DNA from: Moniliella sp. 'wahieum'
Taxonomy: Eukaryota
Assembly: GCA_003971905.1 (NCBI GenBank)
Contig: RSEE01000053.1
Location: 310,001-374,000 of the forward strand
DNA: 64,000 nt
Reading direction: 5' to 3'
Shown here piece after piece: positions 1-12,347 of the stretch. The notes under the pieces are model-generated. The model was not told the DNA's origin. It saw only the letters and a list, made by a program, of their open reading frames with translations, and ran no database searches. Position 1 is the stretch's first letter, and each line of letters opens with the position of its first letter. The translations under genes and the position numbers were made by a program.

Positions 1-1689
1 AAGCCTTCGGGCTCAGGGACGGGGAACGGGCAGCTGACGACCTACGCTGCTAGACTCCTGCTGGGCTGGGACTGGTGGCGGCGTGGTTGTAGGCAGGATC
101 ACACGCGGCTAAACGGGGTAGGATGGACTTGGGCTGGGAGGACTGAGAGCTGACGAGGAGAGCTGGAGGAGCAACTAAGAGGAGAGGAGTTACCTGTACT
201 GGGTTGGTCAATTTTGAGGAGAGTATAGAGGAAGACGCCAATGGGCCGGAGGGAAAAGCACGAACCAATATGCTAACAGACAGGGACTAAAAGGGAAACA
301 AGGCAACAGAGGAAGGACGGAAAACAGAGGAAAACAGGGGAGACGGCTGCCGCACGGGCAACCTAGAAAGGTAAGGTAAACAGGCACGGGGCGACTAATG
401 CCGCAAAAGGGTTGCCACAAGCGCAACGCGGAGAAGTAAGATAAACGGGCACAAGGCGACTAGCGTGTCGCAAGGACAATGGAAACCGGGGAACCACGAG
501 ACTGGGGTTCTCAATTCACTATAGGGAGAAAGGCCGCTATTGTCGCTCCGATACGTAGACTGATAATCGAGCTGGCAGTTGAGCCAGCAGCGATGGAACT
601 GAATTGAATCTGAGAGCGCGCTCTATTATTGGGTAGAGCGGACGCTCCTCAGCTGAAATTGGATGAGATCGAATCTGACCCCCACTGAACAACCTGCGGA
701 CGGGGTTAGGAAGGCGAAGGGTGCGCGTAAACTCTGCCGGGCTTGCCAGCCCGTCTTCGCCCGTGACATCACGCTCCTCTTCACCAAAAGCGTGTCCTCA
801 CGCTCAAAGGAACGGCTCCCCTCTCCCAACAGCGGGGGAGGGGGTGAAGGAGCGTACGGTTACCCGTGTACACACATCTCCTTTTCACGGTAGACCAGAC
901 TTGGAACTGGAACTGAGTACTTGAATACTCGGCACGCCCCCTTCCTTCGGTCGTAGGGCATGTCATCCAAACGGGTTCTTGCTCACACACGCACCCTTCC
1001 TTCGAGCATCGGAGGTACTGTTGAGCCATCAGATGGCTCGTGCTTTGACCAATGTCCCTTCAGGTCCTCCTCAGGCCTAGGAGTTCCGTTGTTTTTCTCT
1101 CCTGTTTTTCCTTGTTCCGCAGCTTAGCCCCTGGTGGCGACTCGCTGCTTGATGTTCCTCTGTAGGCATTGCTGGTTGGCTCAGACCACCACCACCACTA
1201 TTGCGATTGCATCACCTCGAGGACCATCTGGACTCCAGGTCTCATCAGAGTTACAAGTCTTCGCTCATCCAGTGAGCAACGGTGATCAACCCACAATTCC
1301 CTTTTCCATCCCCTCACCCTCTCCGTATCCATCCCTTTCCATCGGCGTCTTTATCAACAATGAGCGCCATTTCACTTCCTACCCCTCAGCTGTCGAACCC
1401 GGACTGGGCCGACCAGCACCTTCCGTCCCCTTTTCCTAAAGACGGCATTACTTTCGCGCGTGCCTCGCAATTGGCCAACGAACAACCGAACCAATACCAA
1501 GTCCTTTACCATATTCTTGAGGACCACAGTCCTTTGGTGGCCAAAAACAATGCGTCTGATTTTCAACTCGTCTCACATTTATCTCAGGCAAACTATCAGC
1601 TCTTGAGCAAAAGGTCGTGAAAATGGTCGGCGATCCTACTCAGCGACTTCCCAGCGATCCATCTGTCCAGTCGACTGTCGTGCGTCACT

Positions 1690-2997
1690 TTGACGAATTG
1701 CGTGCGTAGTGTGTTCCACCGCACTTTGATGCGTTTTTGCGAACCGTTTGGTTCTCCGCTTCTTCTTCCCAACAATCTTCCGCAAATCGGAACCGGAGGA
1801 TCCCGTTGCGACCCCACGGCCGGTCGCGTCGCCTGTGTCCCACGACGAATCCGTTGTTCATACTCTGTGGCAACAACGACACCACCGCTTCCTCCTCCGA
1901 TTGACGATACAATCTTGTCATCTTTAAATAATCTTTTCCGTTCAGGCGCATCCCCCGACCTTCTCCTGAATGCAGCCGAGAAACGTTGGGGTACTGACGT
2001 GGGCATTGCCGCTGCTATGAAGGTTATCGATGATTGGTCGTCCAGAGCACCCACCGGCAATGTTTCGTCCGTGACGCCGCCCCTGCCTTCTAACCCGGAG
2101 CCCTTCCCAGCCTTGGCCAAAATTACCCGAAGCGTCAACGTTGTGGACAAATACAAGATGGGACAAGATTTCTGGCCTTGGGCGGACTTGATTCTGGGCA
2201 GACTTGACGATGCGGTCGCCGGTGCTCGTGCTTTGATTCAAACTGGAGAAGCTGATCCCAATTACAATCGCTTACTGGATCACAAACTACACGCTCCTCT
2301 CTTGGCTCACTTGCACCGCAATGTTAGCGCGTCTGTTCCATATTCTGTTACTAACGGCCTGGCTTCCGTACTTTTCCGTATCCTGTTACAACGTTTCGGT
2401 CAATCGTCACCGGCCGAACATTGTGATATTATCCGGCAGCTTCTTGACCTTCGTCTCGGGTCTTCGACAGGATCCACATACGTGGAGCGGCACCGCAGTC
2501 TGGTTTACAAACTGGAAGTGCATTTGGGTCGTCCCTTTCCTGAGGAAGTCCTCCGTTCTTTTTTACTTAATGGTCTCCAGGATCCAACGTTTGTGGCATT
2601 CACCCCTCACACGAACTACGACCAGCTATTGATGTTGGTTTCGAGCCGTGCAGCACATTCGTCATCGTCTCTTCCGAACAAGCCTGTAATGCAGGGCTCA
2701 GGTGGTCGAAAGCCTTCTCATACCAGTACATCTCAGGGTGGCGGGCCGTCTCGCAAGGGGGCTCTTCCCAATGGAGTGGGGCACCTGGCTCAGGGTCTGG
2801 TCAACGTGGAGGTGGGACTGTGGCTTACGGATCTCAAGGTGCCGCCAATTGGACTGCTGCTAACACTGTGGCTTCTGTTTCGGGCCTTCTGTGGCAGCAT
2901 ACCCCAACGCTACTTTTTCTGGAGGACCCCTACCTTTCCCCCCTATTCCTACCAACGCTTCCAGTGCGTCCAGTATCTCTCCTTCTCAACAGCCTAA
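1690..2997 (+). CDS. Copia gag-like protein (probably starts at ATG 1360 across a frameshift)
   Basis: Lies upstream of the DSGA protease; FRILLQRFG...IIRQLLDLRL...YVER...FLLNGL pattern is typical of Copia gag. Confidence 0.7.
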   Translation: MTNCVRSVFHRTLMRFCEPFGSPLLLPNNLPQIGTGGSRCDPTAGRVACVPRRIRCSYSVATTTPPLPPPIDDTILSSLNNLFRSGASPDLLLNAAEKRWGTDVGIAAAMKVIDDWSSRAPTGNVSSVTPPLPSNPEPFPALAKITRSVNVVDKYKMGQDFWPWADLILGRLDDAVAGARALIQTGEADPNYNRLLDHKLHAPLLAHLHRNVSASVPYSVTNGLASVLFRILLQRFGQSSPAEHCDIIRQLLDLRLGSSTGSTYVERHRSLVYKLEVHLGRPFPEEVLRSFLLNGLQDPTFVAFTPHTNYDQLLMLVSSRAAHSSSSLPNKPVMQGSGGRKPSHTSTSQGGGPSRKGALPNGVGHLAQGLVNVEVGLWLTDLKVPPIGLLLTLWLLFRAFCGSIPQRYFFWRTPTFPPYSYQRFQCVQYLSFSTA

Positions 2998-3621
2998 ATA
3001 GGACGGCGCGGGAGTACTTCGCCAGCCACCCTCCCTGCGCAACATGATTCGGGCGCGCGCCCGTCTGTCTTCAAGGATAGGAACGCATTTACCTCACTAC
3101 GTCCTAGTCGTGCTCCTATAGTCCCTGCAGATGGACGGGTAGTGCAAGCCGATGGCATTGGCACTGTCTCTTTCTATATCCATACCTATACCGGTCCTCC
3201 CCTGTATGTTCAACTCTCCGACTCTTTCTATTGTTCTTCTTTTCCTTACAACTTGGTCAGTGCGTACCAACTCTCGATGGCCGGGATCGAGAGTTTAGTG
3301 GCAGCATGGGGCCAAGGCTTCTACCTTACCGAAAGGGTGACATTCCCCGCCTTGTTACGGACGCTAGCTACAAAATGTTTATCCAACCACTTCTACCTTC
3401 CTCTTCTCCTTCTCCTTCTCCTTCCCCTTCCCTTCCCCCTTCCCCTTCCCCTTCCCAAAATGCCTTTTCAATCGAACCCTCTACTGTTTTGGACAAGGTT
3501 CAACGTGTCCATGAACAGTGGAACCATATCGCCCTTGACCAGCTCCCACACTTAACCGCATCCATGTCCCTTCCTTATCGTGTTTTACCTCAAGATGTAG
3601 CGACTGTTCGTCCCACTGGCA

Positions 3622-4215
3622 TTGCCCTTCCTGTATTCTCTCGCATGCCACATCCCGTCCTCATTCCCTTTCTCCAACTGCTACCCGAACCACCCGACCT
3701 TTTCCTTGATCCACATCGATGTGGTCGACATTCCTCGCCAAGGTGGCGGGGGACACGGGTGGGGTTTAGTATCGTTGACGACTTCACCCGATACGTTTTC
3801 TTCCTTCCTCTTTCTTCCAAAGGTGAAGCCACTGCTCTCTCTTCGCCATTTTATTACCCGTGAGCAGCGTCAGCGCCCTGAAAGACCCCTCCAAGTGGTC
3901 CGCTCCGACAATGCTCCAGAATTGACCTCCGCTATGATCGATTTTTACGCCGCACAAGGTATCGTGACCGAAACCACCAATCCAGGTGAAAGTGCTTCAA
4001 ATGGTATTGCCGAACGAGCGATCCGGTCCATCATGGATCGTGCTCGCACTTTGCTCGCTTCTACTCGCCTGGATCCCGAAGATTGGTGGCAACATGCTCT
4101 TCACGCTGCGGCGTACACACACAACCTTGTGCCTCCGAAAGGTTGGGGGGGCAACAGCCGTTTTGTACGTTACCACGATTTCCCTCCCTTCCTATGCATG
4201 GTTTCGGTACCCTAG
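3622..4215 (+). CDS. Retrotransposon integrase core (frameshifted)
   Basis: DDE motifs: HIDV, RSDNAPE, NGIAERAIRSI; W..AL.AAAY..N. Confidence 0.9.
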   Translation: MPFLYSLACHIPSSFPFSNCYPNHPTFSLIHIDVVDIPRQGGGGHGWGLVSLTTSPDTFSSFLFLPKVKPLLSLRHFITREQRQRPERPLQVVRSDNAPELTSAMIDFYAAQGIVTETTNPGESASNGIAERAIRSIMDRARTLLASTRLDPEDWWQHALHAAAYTHNLVPPKGWGGNSRFVRYHDFPPFLCMVSVP

Positions 4216-4781
4216 CGTACCTTCACCTCTTTCCCAACCAGCGTGACGGAGGCAAGTTGGGTCCGCGGGCTGTTCCTGCCATGCTCATCGGATACGACGA
4301 GCGCCGTGGTAGTATGGGTTGGCTTTTTGCTCTGCATGGCGGCCCTGGCCTAGTTTACTATCGCTGGAAGAAACCGTTCAAGTGGACCAACCTGTCATAT
4401 ACTGCAGACACATTTCAACCTATTCCTTCTAACATTGTTTCTCCTCACGCGACCGGGGGGTTGAGGAGACACCCGACGCACGTTCCCCAAACCTTCCGAC
4501 TTTACCTGCTCCTCCTACTGTCGCCCATCCTACTCCTACCATTGTATCCCCACCTCCTACTGATGCCGTCCCTGTTCCTAACCAACAACAATCTGCGCTG
4601 TGTCGTAATCCCGGACGCCGAGCACGACTCCACGCCCTCCCCTTGATCTCTCTCACCCTGTTCCCGATAACCCCCAGGATCCATCTTTCATTCCCCTTGC
4701 TCTAAAGGTTCCCACCCTCTTTCATCCTCCTGTCTCACTTTCCACTCTTGACTTACCCACTTTGTCAACATCTTCGGTCCC

Positions 4782-5642
4782 ATGCCCAATACTTCCCTGA
4801 TCCCCGACTCGGACCGCACTCAACCTCCTCTTGCCCTTGCTCTCGACCACGCGCGAGACGAGGACGCACTCCTTCTTACCACCGATGGTGTTACCTTGGC
4901 GCCCAAGTCCGTCCGGGCTCTCGTCGGCCACCCTGCATTTGATGATGTCCTTGCTGCCATGCGCGTTGAACTGACGCGTTTCGATTCTCGCAAGGTGAAG
5001 GAGGTGGTGCCCATTCCTCCGGGGGCACGTGTGTTACCCGGTATTTGGGTCCTCAGTACCAAGACGGATGCTGAGGGTCGCTTTGTCAAGTATCGAGCGC
5101 GTTATGTCGTGGGAGGCCATCGCCAGCTTCCCGGATCCTGGACCAATAAGTCATTTGCTCCCGCGGTTCGCACCTCCGCCGTCAATACTTTGATCGCCGT
5201 CTCAGAGGCGGAAGGGCTCCAGCTCTTTACAGCCGACGTTGAGGCGGCGTACCTGTATGCGGACGTGACCGAAGAGGTCTATGTTAGGCCGCCTCCCTTT
5301 TTCCCAGAAGGGAAAGGCAAGTGTTGGAAACTGAAGAAGAGTCTTTATGGTCTCCATCAAAGTGGAGCGAATTTTGGTGATTGGCTGCGTACTCTCCTTT
5401 GTGACCGTCTTGGCTTTACCAGTCTCAAGTCGGAGCCTTGCCTCTTCATTCGTCGTACCCAATCCTTGGATCTCATTCTATTGGCCATCCACACTGACGA
5501 TTTTCTTGTTGCTTGCCGTTCGGGAGACATTTGCGATTCCTTCCTTGTTGAGCTTCGCAACCATATCGAAATTAAATCCAACGGCCCACTTCGTTTCCAT
5601 CTGGATGCCAGTACGACCGCATTGATGGACGCCTCTACGTGA
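4782..5642 (+). CDS. Copia reverse transcriptase (RVT_2), 3'-truncated or frameshifted
   Basis: WVLSTK...KYRARYVVGG, DVEAAYLYA, KKSLYGLHQSG, EPCLF, HTDD. Confidence 0.92.
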   Translation: MPNTSLIPDSDRTQPPLALALDHARDEDALLLTTDGVTLAPKSVRALVGHPAFDDVLAAMRVELTRFDSRKVKEVVPIPPGARVLPGIWVLSTKTDAEGRFVKYRARYVVGGHRQLPGSWTNKSFAPAVRTSAVNTLIAVSEAEGLQLFTADVEAAYLYADVTEEVYVRPPPFFPEGKGKCWKLKKSLYGLHQSGANFGDWLRTLLCDRLGFTSLKSEPCLFIRRTQSLDLILLAIHTDDFLVACRSGDICDSFLVELRNHIEIKSNGPLRFHLDASTTALMDAST

Positions 5643-8600
5643 GCCGACCCAAATTCCTTGCTGAAACGCTTGCCACCCACGACATGATTCACGACCATCC
5701 TCGACGTCTCCCGCTCAGTCACACTCTTCCCCCTCCCCTCCGTCCCGAGCACGAACCACGATCCACACGCGCGAGAATCACGCCTTCCGTTCTATGGTTG
5801 GGTCTGCATGTGGTCGGCTCGCATGCCTCGTCCCGACACTTTGTGTTGCGAAGGGACATTGGCCAAAGCACGAGCCACCCGATGGCTCAACTATATCAGT
5901 AGAATTAAGGTGAAGTGTCCCCTAGCGGAACCTGAGGATCTACAGCCACAGTCTATAAAGACTGACAAAAGGACATACACGAGAAGACAGGGAAGTGCGA
6001 CTTCGGCTGTGCAGATTTTGCAGCCCCGAATATCCACTCTGGCAAGTCTATTTGATACCATATCGTCCGTGATGTGGTTACACCCAATGGTTATGCGCAT
6101 GATGGTATCTGCGTACGCTTGGTAATGTTTTACGACTTATTATACGAGCACTGGGGGTGATGCAACAGTTGTTCAAATCATCCACCGGGGGTGATAACTG
6201 CCAAGTGCTCAGTCAAAGAGGGCTTGACCAGCTCGACACTGAGCTCACACTTCCACGGCTTTGTACCTGAGAAGTAGATGATCGGTGCGACGTCCTCCTT
6301 CAGCGCCTCTTTAACGACCTTTTTGGGTTGGGCCGTCAGGCCAGCTTTTCTTGCGCTTGTTTTCCGTGTGAGCGCTCAGCTGAGCGGTCAATTGTCCCGG
6401 TTTCCAACATTAAATCTCTTGAAGCTTGATCACGGAAGTGCTGAAGGAAGAGGAGTGTGATTTCAAGAGAGGTACAGGAAGTTCTATGAGAAGGTAGGAC
6501 CTTATAGTATCGCCGAGGATACTGCGGAGCAGAGGGAGCGTCCGGGCGGATAAGAGTGGTGATGTTCATGATGTGTCGCGCAGAATGATGTGGGAACATC
6601 GCCCCAACATGAAGTAGCAATCCCATTCCTCAGGGGAGGTCGGCAGGCGGGACGGAGTACGGGGGTGTATTGTGGCCTTGGTAGTTGCAGGCCGGGGATG
6701 GGACCGCGTCGGTTCTTGATCTTTGTCGTATCGTGCGTGTTGTGGGGTCTACTAAGAACCTAAGGAACCGACGGAAGACCAAGAGGAGAGCAACTTTGGG
6801 GAGAAGGAGCAAAGCGAACAGCAGTGGTTAGGGACCGACTCGGTGTGGGGAAAGGAGAGGAGGACTTCTGCTGGAAAAGACGTTTGGGCAATACGACAAG
6901 GGGGCGAGGACAAGTTCAACTGAACATTTCAATATTCAACGTTCAACATGTTCCAACCTTGAAGCTTGAAGCTTGAAGCGCTTGAAGCGCTTCAATGCTG
7001 ACGTCAGCCTACTTGGCCGCGACAAGCCAAGAAACAGAGCTTGCTCTCTTTTCAGATCCTCAGATCCATTACGCTTCATGCATCATGCATGACCACTAGT
7101 ACTGACTAGTGACTAGTAGTGACTAGTGACTAGTCACTAGTGAAGTCAATCATCATGAGCATCATGCATCACGCGTCAGTCGCCACTAGTCATATTCATA
7201 GTCACGCGTCACGAGTCACACTAGTCCCTAGTCACTAGTCCCAAGCGCCACTCCATCATGCATCACATGTCCCACGCTGTTATTTGCGTCACATGTCACA
7301 TGTCACATGTCACATAAAACCCGCCCGTTCGTGGCGTTGGTAGCGCCGCGCGCGGCGGCCGCATGAGGCCGCACGCCGGTCTCTTCTTGAAGGATTTGCG
7401 CGGAGGCTAGCCAAGCTAGCCTAGGGTCCAGCCGCATGGCAATCCAGACCTCCGATCTCGGATACTCAGATTGGTCTCAGATCACACGCGTCAGCGGCAC
7501 ATAGTGCTTCATTAATCATTGGCCTGGCAAGCGCAACTGGCTACAGTCCTCCGCGAATCGCGCGCTGCAGATTGAATACCAACTCGCCCTGTTGCGCCCT
7601 GTCCTCCCCCCTCCGCTCCTCTTTCTTGCACTCAAGGTTGGACTATCGTCCGTACTCAGACTCAGCAGCTGACACGAAGCTGTCTCTGACTGTTTCCGCC
7701 CTGCGCAAGTGCAATCGCCCCCGTAGCTAGGCAAGCGTCGCTGTCCTCTCAGGTAATCAGCGCCGAGCGCCAAGGCGCTAAGGGACAACCGCGGTTTAGG
7801 CTATCTCTCGTGATCGCGTGATCGACTACTCATCCGGCCTCGCCCATCGATCGTCCTGCAGGTGCAGCGTGCATTGCCCTCAACGATTCTTTCATCCTGT
7901 ATCCGGGGGGTTAAGCCTGTGGGGTACGTTCCGTTCCGGTTGTTACTAAACGCGACTTAAGAGGGGGTTGGCGGCGAGCACTTTCATTAGGAAAATAGTT
8001 CACTGTGAATTTGAGCGTTGAGCTCAGCCAAGATGGGGCCCGTTCTGCCAGTCCACATGGCTATACACTGGATACTTCGTGGGAGGACCGCCTCGAGACG
8101 ACCTAAAGAGCTTGAAGCTTGAAGCTTGAAGCTTGAAGCTTGATTAATGATTGAGCTTGATAGCCTGGTCGATGATCAATGATCGGTCCTCGGCCATCCA
8201 CGCGACTGTCGCCGTCCTGGGATGTGGCAAGCCTGGCAAGCGTTACATGTTGGGAGTTAAAACACGTTATTAGAGGCCCAAGGCCTAAGACTTTGGCCTA
8301 AGGCCGACGCCCCAAAGGCGCAAGCTAAAACGGCAGGGGTAGCGCGCGATAGGCACGGGATCGCAGGCATCAACATCATGCGTCATATGCGTCATACATC
8401 ATGCGTTTGCACTATATATGCTGAAAGCGCCGCGCCGGCACCCGGCACAAGAGGAGTGTCCACACTTTGTCCGCGAGGCTGGCGTGCTGTTCCAGGGGCG
8501 AATGGGGGGCGTGGGACGGGATGTGTGTGAGACAGAATCTTCTGCCAGCGAAGGCGGTGTGGGCCAGGGTGGCCGGTGGTCGCCGCGGACTGGAGGAGGG

Positions 8601-9198
8601 GGATGGAGCTTGGAGGCGGGTAGGTGGTCGGGCGATCAGCGTGCTGACGAATGGCAGGCGGTGACACCACCGGTGGGCTATTGGTTCGGCCGGTTGCCTG
8701 TGCGCTGTGTGGGGTTGCCGGTGAGCCTCACCAGTGAGCGGTGGGCGGTGATGGCCGCGTGCCCAGTGTGCAATGGTGAATGAGTACGGAGATCGAGTAC
8801 TGAGGACATGAGTAATGCGTAATGGTGCATGATGCATGATGCCCATCCATGGCTTGCGCTTAGGGCGAACAGCAGTCTGATCGATGGTCGTTCTGTGGAG
8901 GTTGCATGCGCGCAAGAAGGGCGTCGGCCAGCGCTATTGCCGCTGGCGCCAGGCAAGTGTCCGCTGCGTTTCAGCCGGATGCGGCGTTTGGAATATGCCC
9001 GTCCAGTCGCAGCAGCCCTGTGGAGGCCTCATGCTACAACACCAGGACTTTCACTTGGACACGGCCGTTGTCAGCGCTCAGCCCGCAGGACTCAGCCGAA
9101 GCGCTCTCGCTCAGCCCCACCAGCCGCCGCCGCTCCTTCTTCTCCCCCTGTCCTTCTCACCACCGCCCCCCCTGCCTCGTCTGTCGCTGCTACCCGCC

Positions 9199-11804
9199 AT
9201 GGACACTCTCATGGCTCCCGACCTGCCCGTCTCGCCCGTCTCGCCCAGCCGCTCCTTCCCGCTCGGAACGTTGGATGCTACCCAGATGCCACCCCATCTT
9301 CTGGCCTCGCCCGCTGATTCGGCCGCTGCCGTGTTCCAACCCCATGATGGCAGTCCCCGTCGCTCCTCTGTCGTCGGCTCTGCTGCCCGTCGTCGCTCGT
9401 CTGCATCACGCCGCCGTGCCATAGCTGGCGCCAGCTTCAACAGCATCTCAGGGCCAGGCAGCGACTACTCCTTGCCCCCAGCATCGGGTGCTGGTTCCGG
9501 CGCCGGCGCCGCGCGGTTGGCCGTCAATTTGTGTGTAAAGAATGCAACCGCTCTTTTGCACGCCTCCTTCACCTTCAGCGCCACGAATACCGCCATGTCG
9601 ATTACCGCCCCTTTGAGTGCCCATGCTGTGATAAAACATTCAGCCGACATGATTCCCTTGTGCGGCATGCACGCTTGCACAAGGACCAGTTGCCTGAAGG
9701 CGCCAGGCAGCGGAGAAGCTGCGCAAACACAAGGGTACGCTCTGCCTCCGAACATGCACGCCTAGCTTATCAGAAGTGTACTGACCTTGGATCTAATCGC
9801 CATCTCAGCCTGCATGTCATGTACCGACACTGCCAAGTGCGAGAGGTGCGCTAAGTTTGCTCGCCGGTCCTCGAATGGCAAAGCCTCACGCAAAAACAAA
9901 TCCCATTCTAATTCGACTTCGGCTACGGAGAGTCACTTTGACACGACCCGACACTTACCTGGCGACGAACCAATGATGTCCAAGGCGTTATCCGCAGGCG
10001 AATTCGGCGCCTCTACTCAGCGCCAGCCTTCCCCTCTCGGTCCTCGGCTTCACAGCCCTTTTGGGCTCGACCAAAAGCGCAACCCAGGCCTGGCCGGATG
10101 CCCTCAAACTCGTCCATCACGTCGTCTCGAAGCCAAACCACGACTTGGAGCTCCCGTTCGCGAGCATCCATGCCCACCACGGCTCTCGGCCCAGATCATG
10201 GCCCCTGTCAGCCCATCTGCCCATTCGGCCTTCTCAGATGATCAGCTGCAGAGTCACCAGAGCCATGCTCGAGCAGCTGCGACAGCGTTGTTCGCTAATT
10301 ATGCTCAACCTACGCACCCGCTCTCTTGGCCCCTGGCCAACCCAAGCCCGAGGCTGGAACTCACGAGACCGACACAGCCTCAACGCGTTAGCCACGGCTG
10401 ATGCCCAACTGCAATCGTTCGCATTTGCCCCAACTTCGCATCCTGGCATCAATCTGCATCGTGGTTCTTTCTCGAGCGAACCCCCCTTCCCACCCAGGTA
10501 CCGCACCCGCCCAGGCCGATCCCACCAGCCATGCCTATAGTTGACCCAGCTACTCTTGCGGAGCAAGGCATCCTTGTTGACACATACATCCAGATGCAAG
10601 TTCAAATGGCGACGATTCGAACATTTATGCACGACAACATGGTTGCCTATCTCGCACGGAGATTGCCTCCAATGGCGCTTGATGGCCTCCCCGCGCCCGG
10701 GGTGCCCGGGGAACAATGAACCAACCACATCCTGGTCCGCCCAATCCGCAATCTTTTCTCCCTGCGCAACCCGTCCAAGTTGATGTACCATCGGGTCGGA
10801 GTCCTTCTCAGGGCTCCGACCAGTCCGGGACGACACACACCACCCCGAACGTGAGCCCCGCCGAATATCCAGCATGTTGGTACCTGAGCTGGTTGGACTT
10901 GGTTTGGGAGGGGAGGACACCTCACGCCCCATGGATTCGTCGCGCGGCCCTCACGATGTTACTTTTCCTAGCCCTGATAATATCAAACCCGAACGTCGCG
11001 CCTTGACCACGCTGACCACCCGGTCTCCCCCAGCGATTTCACTGCCATTTCCATCTCTGATTTGTTGGAGCAAGCCCAAGGATTCCACTCTGAGCTGGAT
11101 GCCAGCCCGGGCCCACAGGGGCGTACGGCCGAGCTCTCTGACTTGGCGGACGACGACGTGGATCACGAACTGATGCTGGACCCCAGTGACGTGTACAACC
11201 TGGAGGAGCTGGCGAATTAGGCAAACCCCCCCACCCCCATGGCCACCGTCTCTGTAGCGCAAGCTTTCTTTGCTCGTTCTGGATGCGTGGTTCAGGACCT
11301 TTTCCGCTTCCCCCGTCTTTCCTCAACTCACCCTTCCTTGTACGCCTTTGGCCCACCCCACGTTCGGGACCTGGCATGGTGCTGATTATACCCCCGCACG
11401 CTCTCCCTCCCACTAGCCTACCTGGGCGCAGATCCGATCTGCGCAGGACTGCCTGACTGTGTGACGGTCTCCAGGGTAGGCTCAGTACACCTGTTTACCA
11501 CATTGGCATAGCCTTGGCCCCTCGGCGGGCAGAGGCTACTTCTAACCCCGCCCGTCTGCTGCACGGTCTTGCGGGTTGTTTTGTCCTCCATCTGTATCAT
11601 GAAATCCACAGTAAAAGCTGGCATGTCTCTTGCCTTTCACTGCCGATATCCATTTTGGTTTATCTTTCGCCTTGCGCGCATCCAGATATAGAAGACTGCG
11701 TTGATCCACCAGGCGAGAATGCCACGGGGAATGAGTCTGTCCGCCAGCACCGATTGACCACCACTACTTTTGTCATAACCGCCATCTTGAACACCGACGC
11801 ATAG
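9199..11804 (+). CDS. C2H2 zinc-finger transcription factor (3' end uncertain)
   Basis: Two C2H2 fingers, CKECNRSFARLLHLQRHEYRH and CPCCDKTFSRHDSLVRHARLH, with an RPF linker (9531-9680). S/P-rich N-terminus from ATG 9199; probable GT-AG intron at ~9735-9808. Confidence 0.75.
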
Positions 11805-12347
11805 GCCGGAGAAAGAAAGGTAACCACTGCGACGAAAAGGGCCATGCACCAGTTCGAGTTAAAATTGTGCTGATTGACCCAACAGACACTATCCCATCCG
11901 GCACCACCACATTTTTTGTGGTATTCTACTGGCAATCCTTCCTCTGATTCCTTCGTAGCCATGCCATATTCGAGTACCAACAACTCCTTTGCCTGACTCT
12001 TTGCAAGTACTTCTGGTTCTATCCATCTTCCCCACATGCTTACATCAACCTCGGATCGGTTTTCGCTCTCCGTGCACAAGGCTGGTCGAGAAGCGAGAGA
12101 TAATCGACACTGGAAATTGTAGACAGAGGGCTGGGTCACATCCGTCACAGTCACATCACACGCCACATGTCACACATCACATGGCCTGTCGCAACCCTGG
12201 CACGGTTCTGGACTCGATGGAGAAGTTTTCGTCCACCGCCAAGGGTATGGGCTACGCGCCAAGCGCCGGCCCGGGTACCTGATCGATGATTATTGTGACA
12301 CTGATAAGCAGTGCCAACAAGCAAGTTGGGATTTCTTCTTGCCCACC

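Larger units (their letters stand above)
1360..5890 (+). mobile_element. Degenerate Ty1/Copia LTR-retrotransposon internal region (gag-PR-IN-RT); RNase H and LTRs not identified
   Basis: Copia domain order: gag-like ORF 1690-2997; aspartic protease motif DSGA at ~3046; H-x4-H zinc-binding remnant (HEQWNH); integrase motifs IHIDVV / IVDDFTRY / VVRSDNAPEL / NGIAERAIRSI (3622-4215); KLGPRAVPAMLIGY; RT motifs KYRARYVVGGHRQ, ADVEAAYL, LKKSLYGLHQSG, IHTDD (4782-5642). Several frameshifts. Confidence 0.92.

Noticed and set aside
516..529. TCACTATAGGGAGA, matching the 3' part of the T7 promoter and loosely the Helitron 5' end
   Set aside because: The upstream TAATACGAC is absent and there is no other vector sequence; it is followed by A rather than T and has no partner hairpin/CTAG end.
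1..1360. Candidate LTR/PBS for the Copia element, and a weakly similar minus-strand tract at 280-350
   Set aside because: No matching second LTR or convincing tRNA-complementary PBS found in the window; the similarity is low-complexity pyrimidine sequence.
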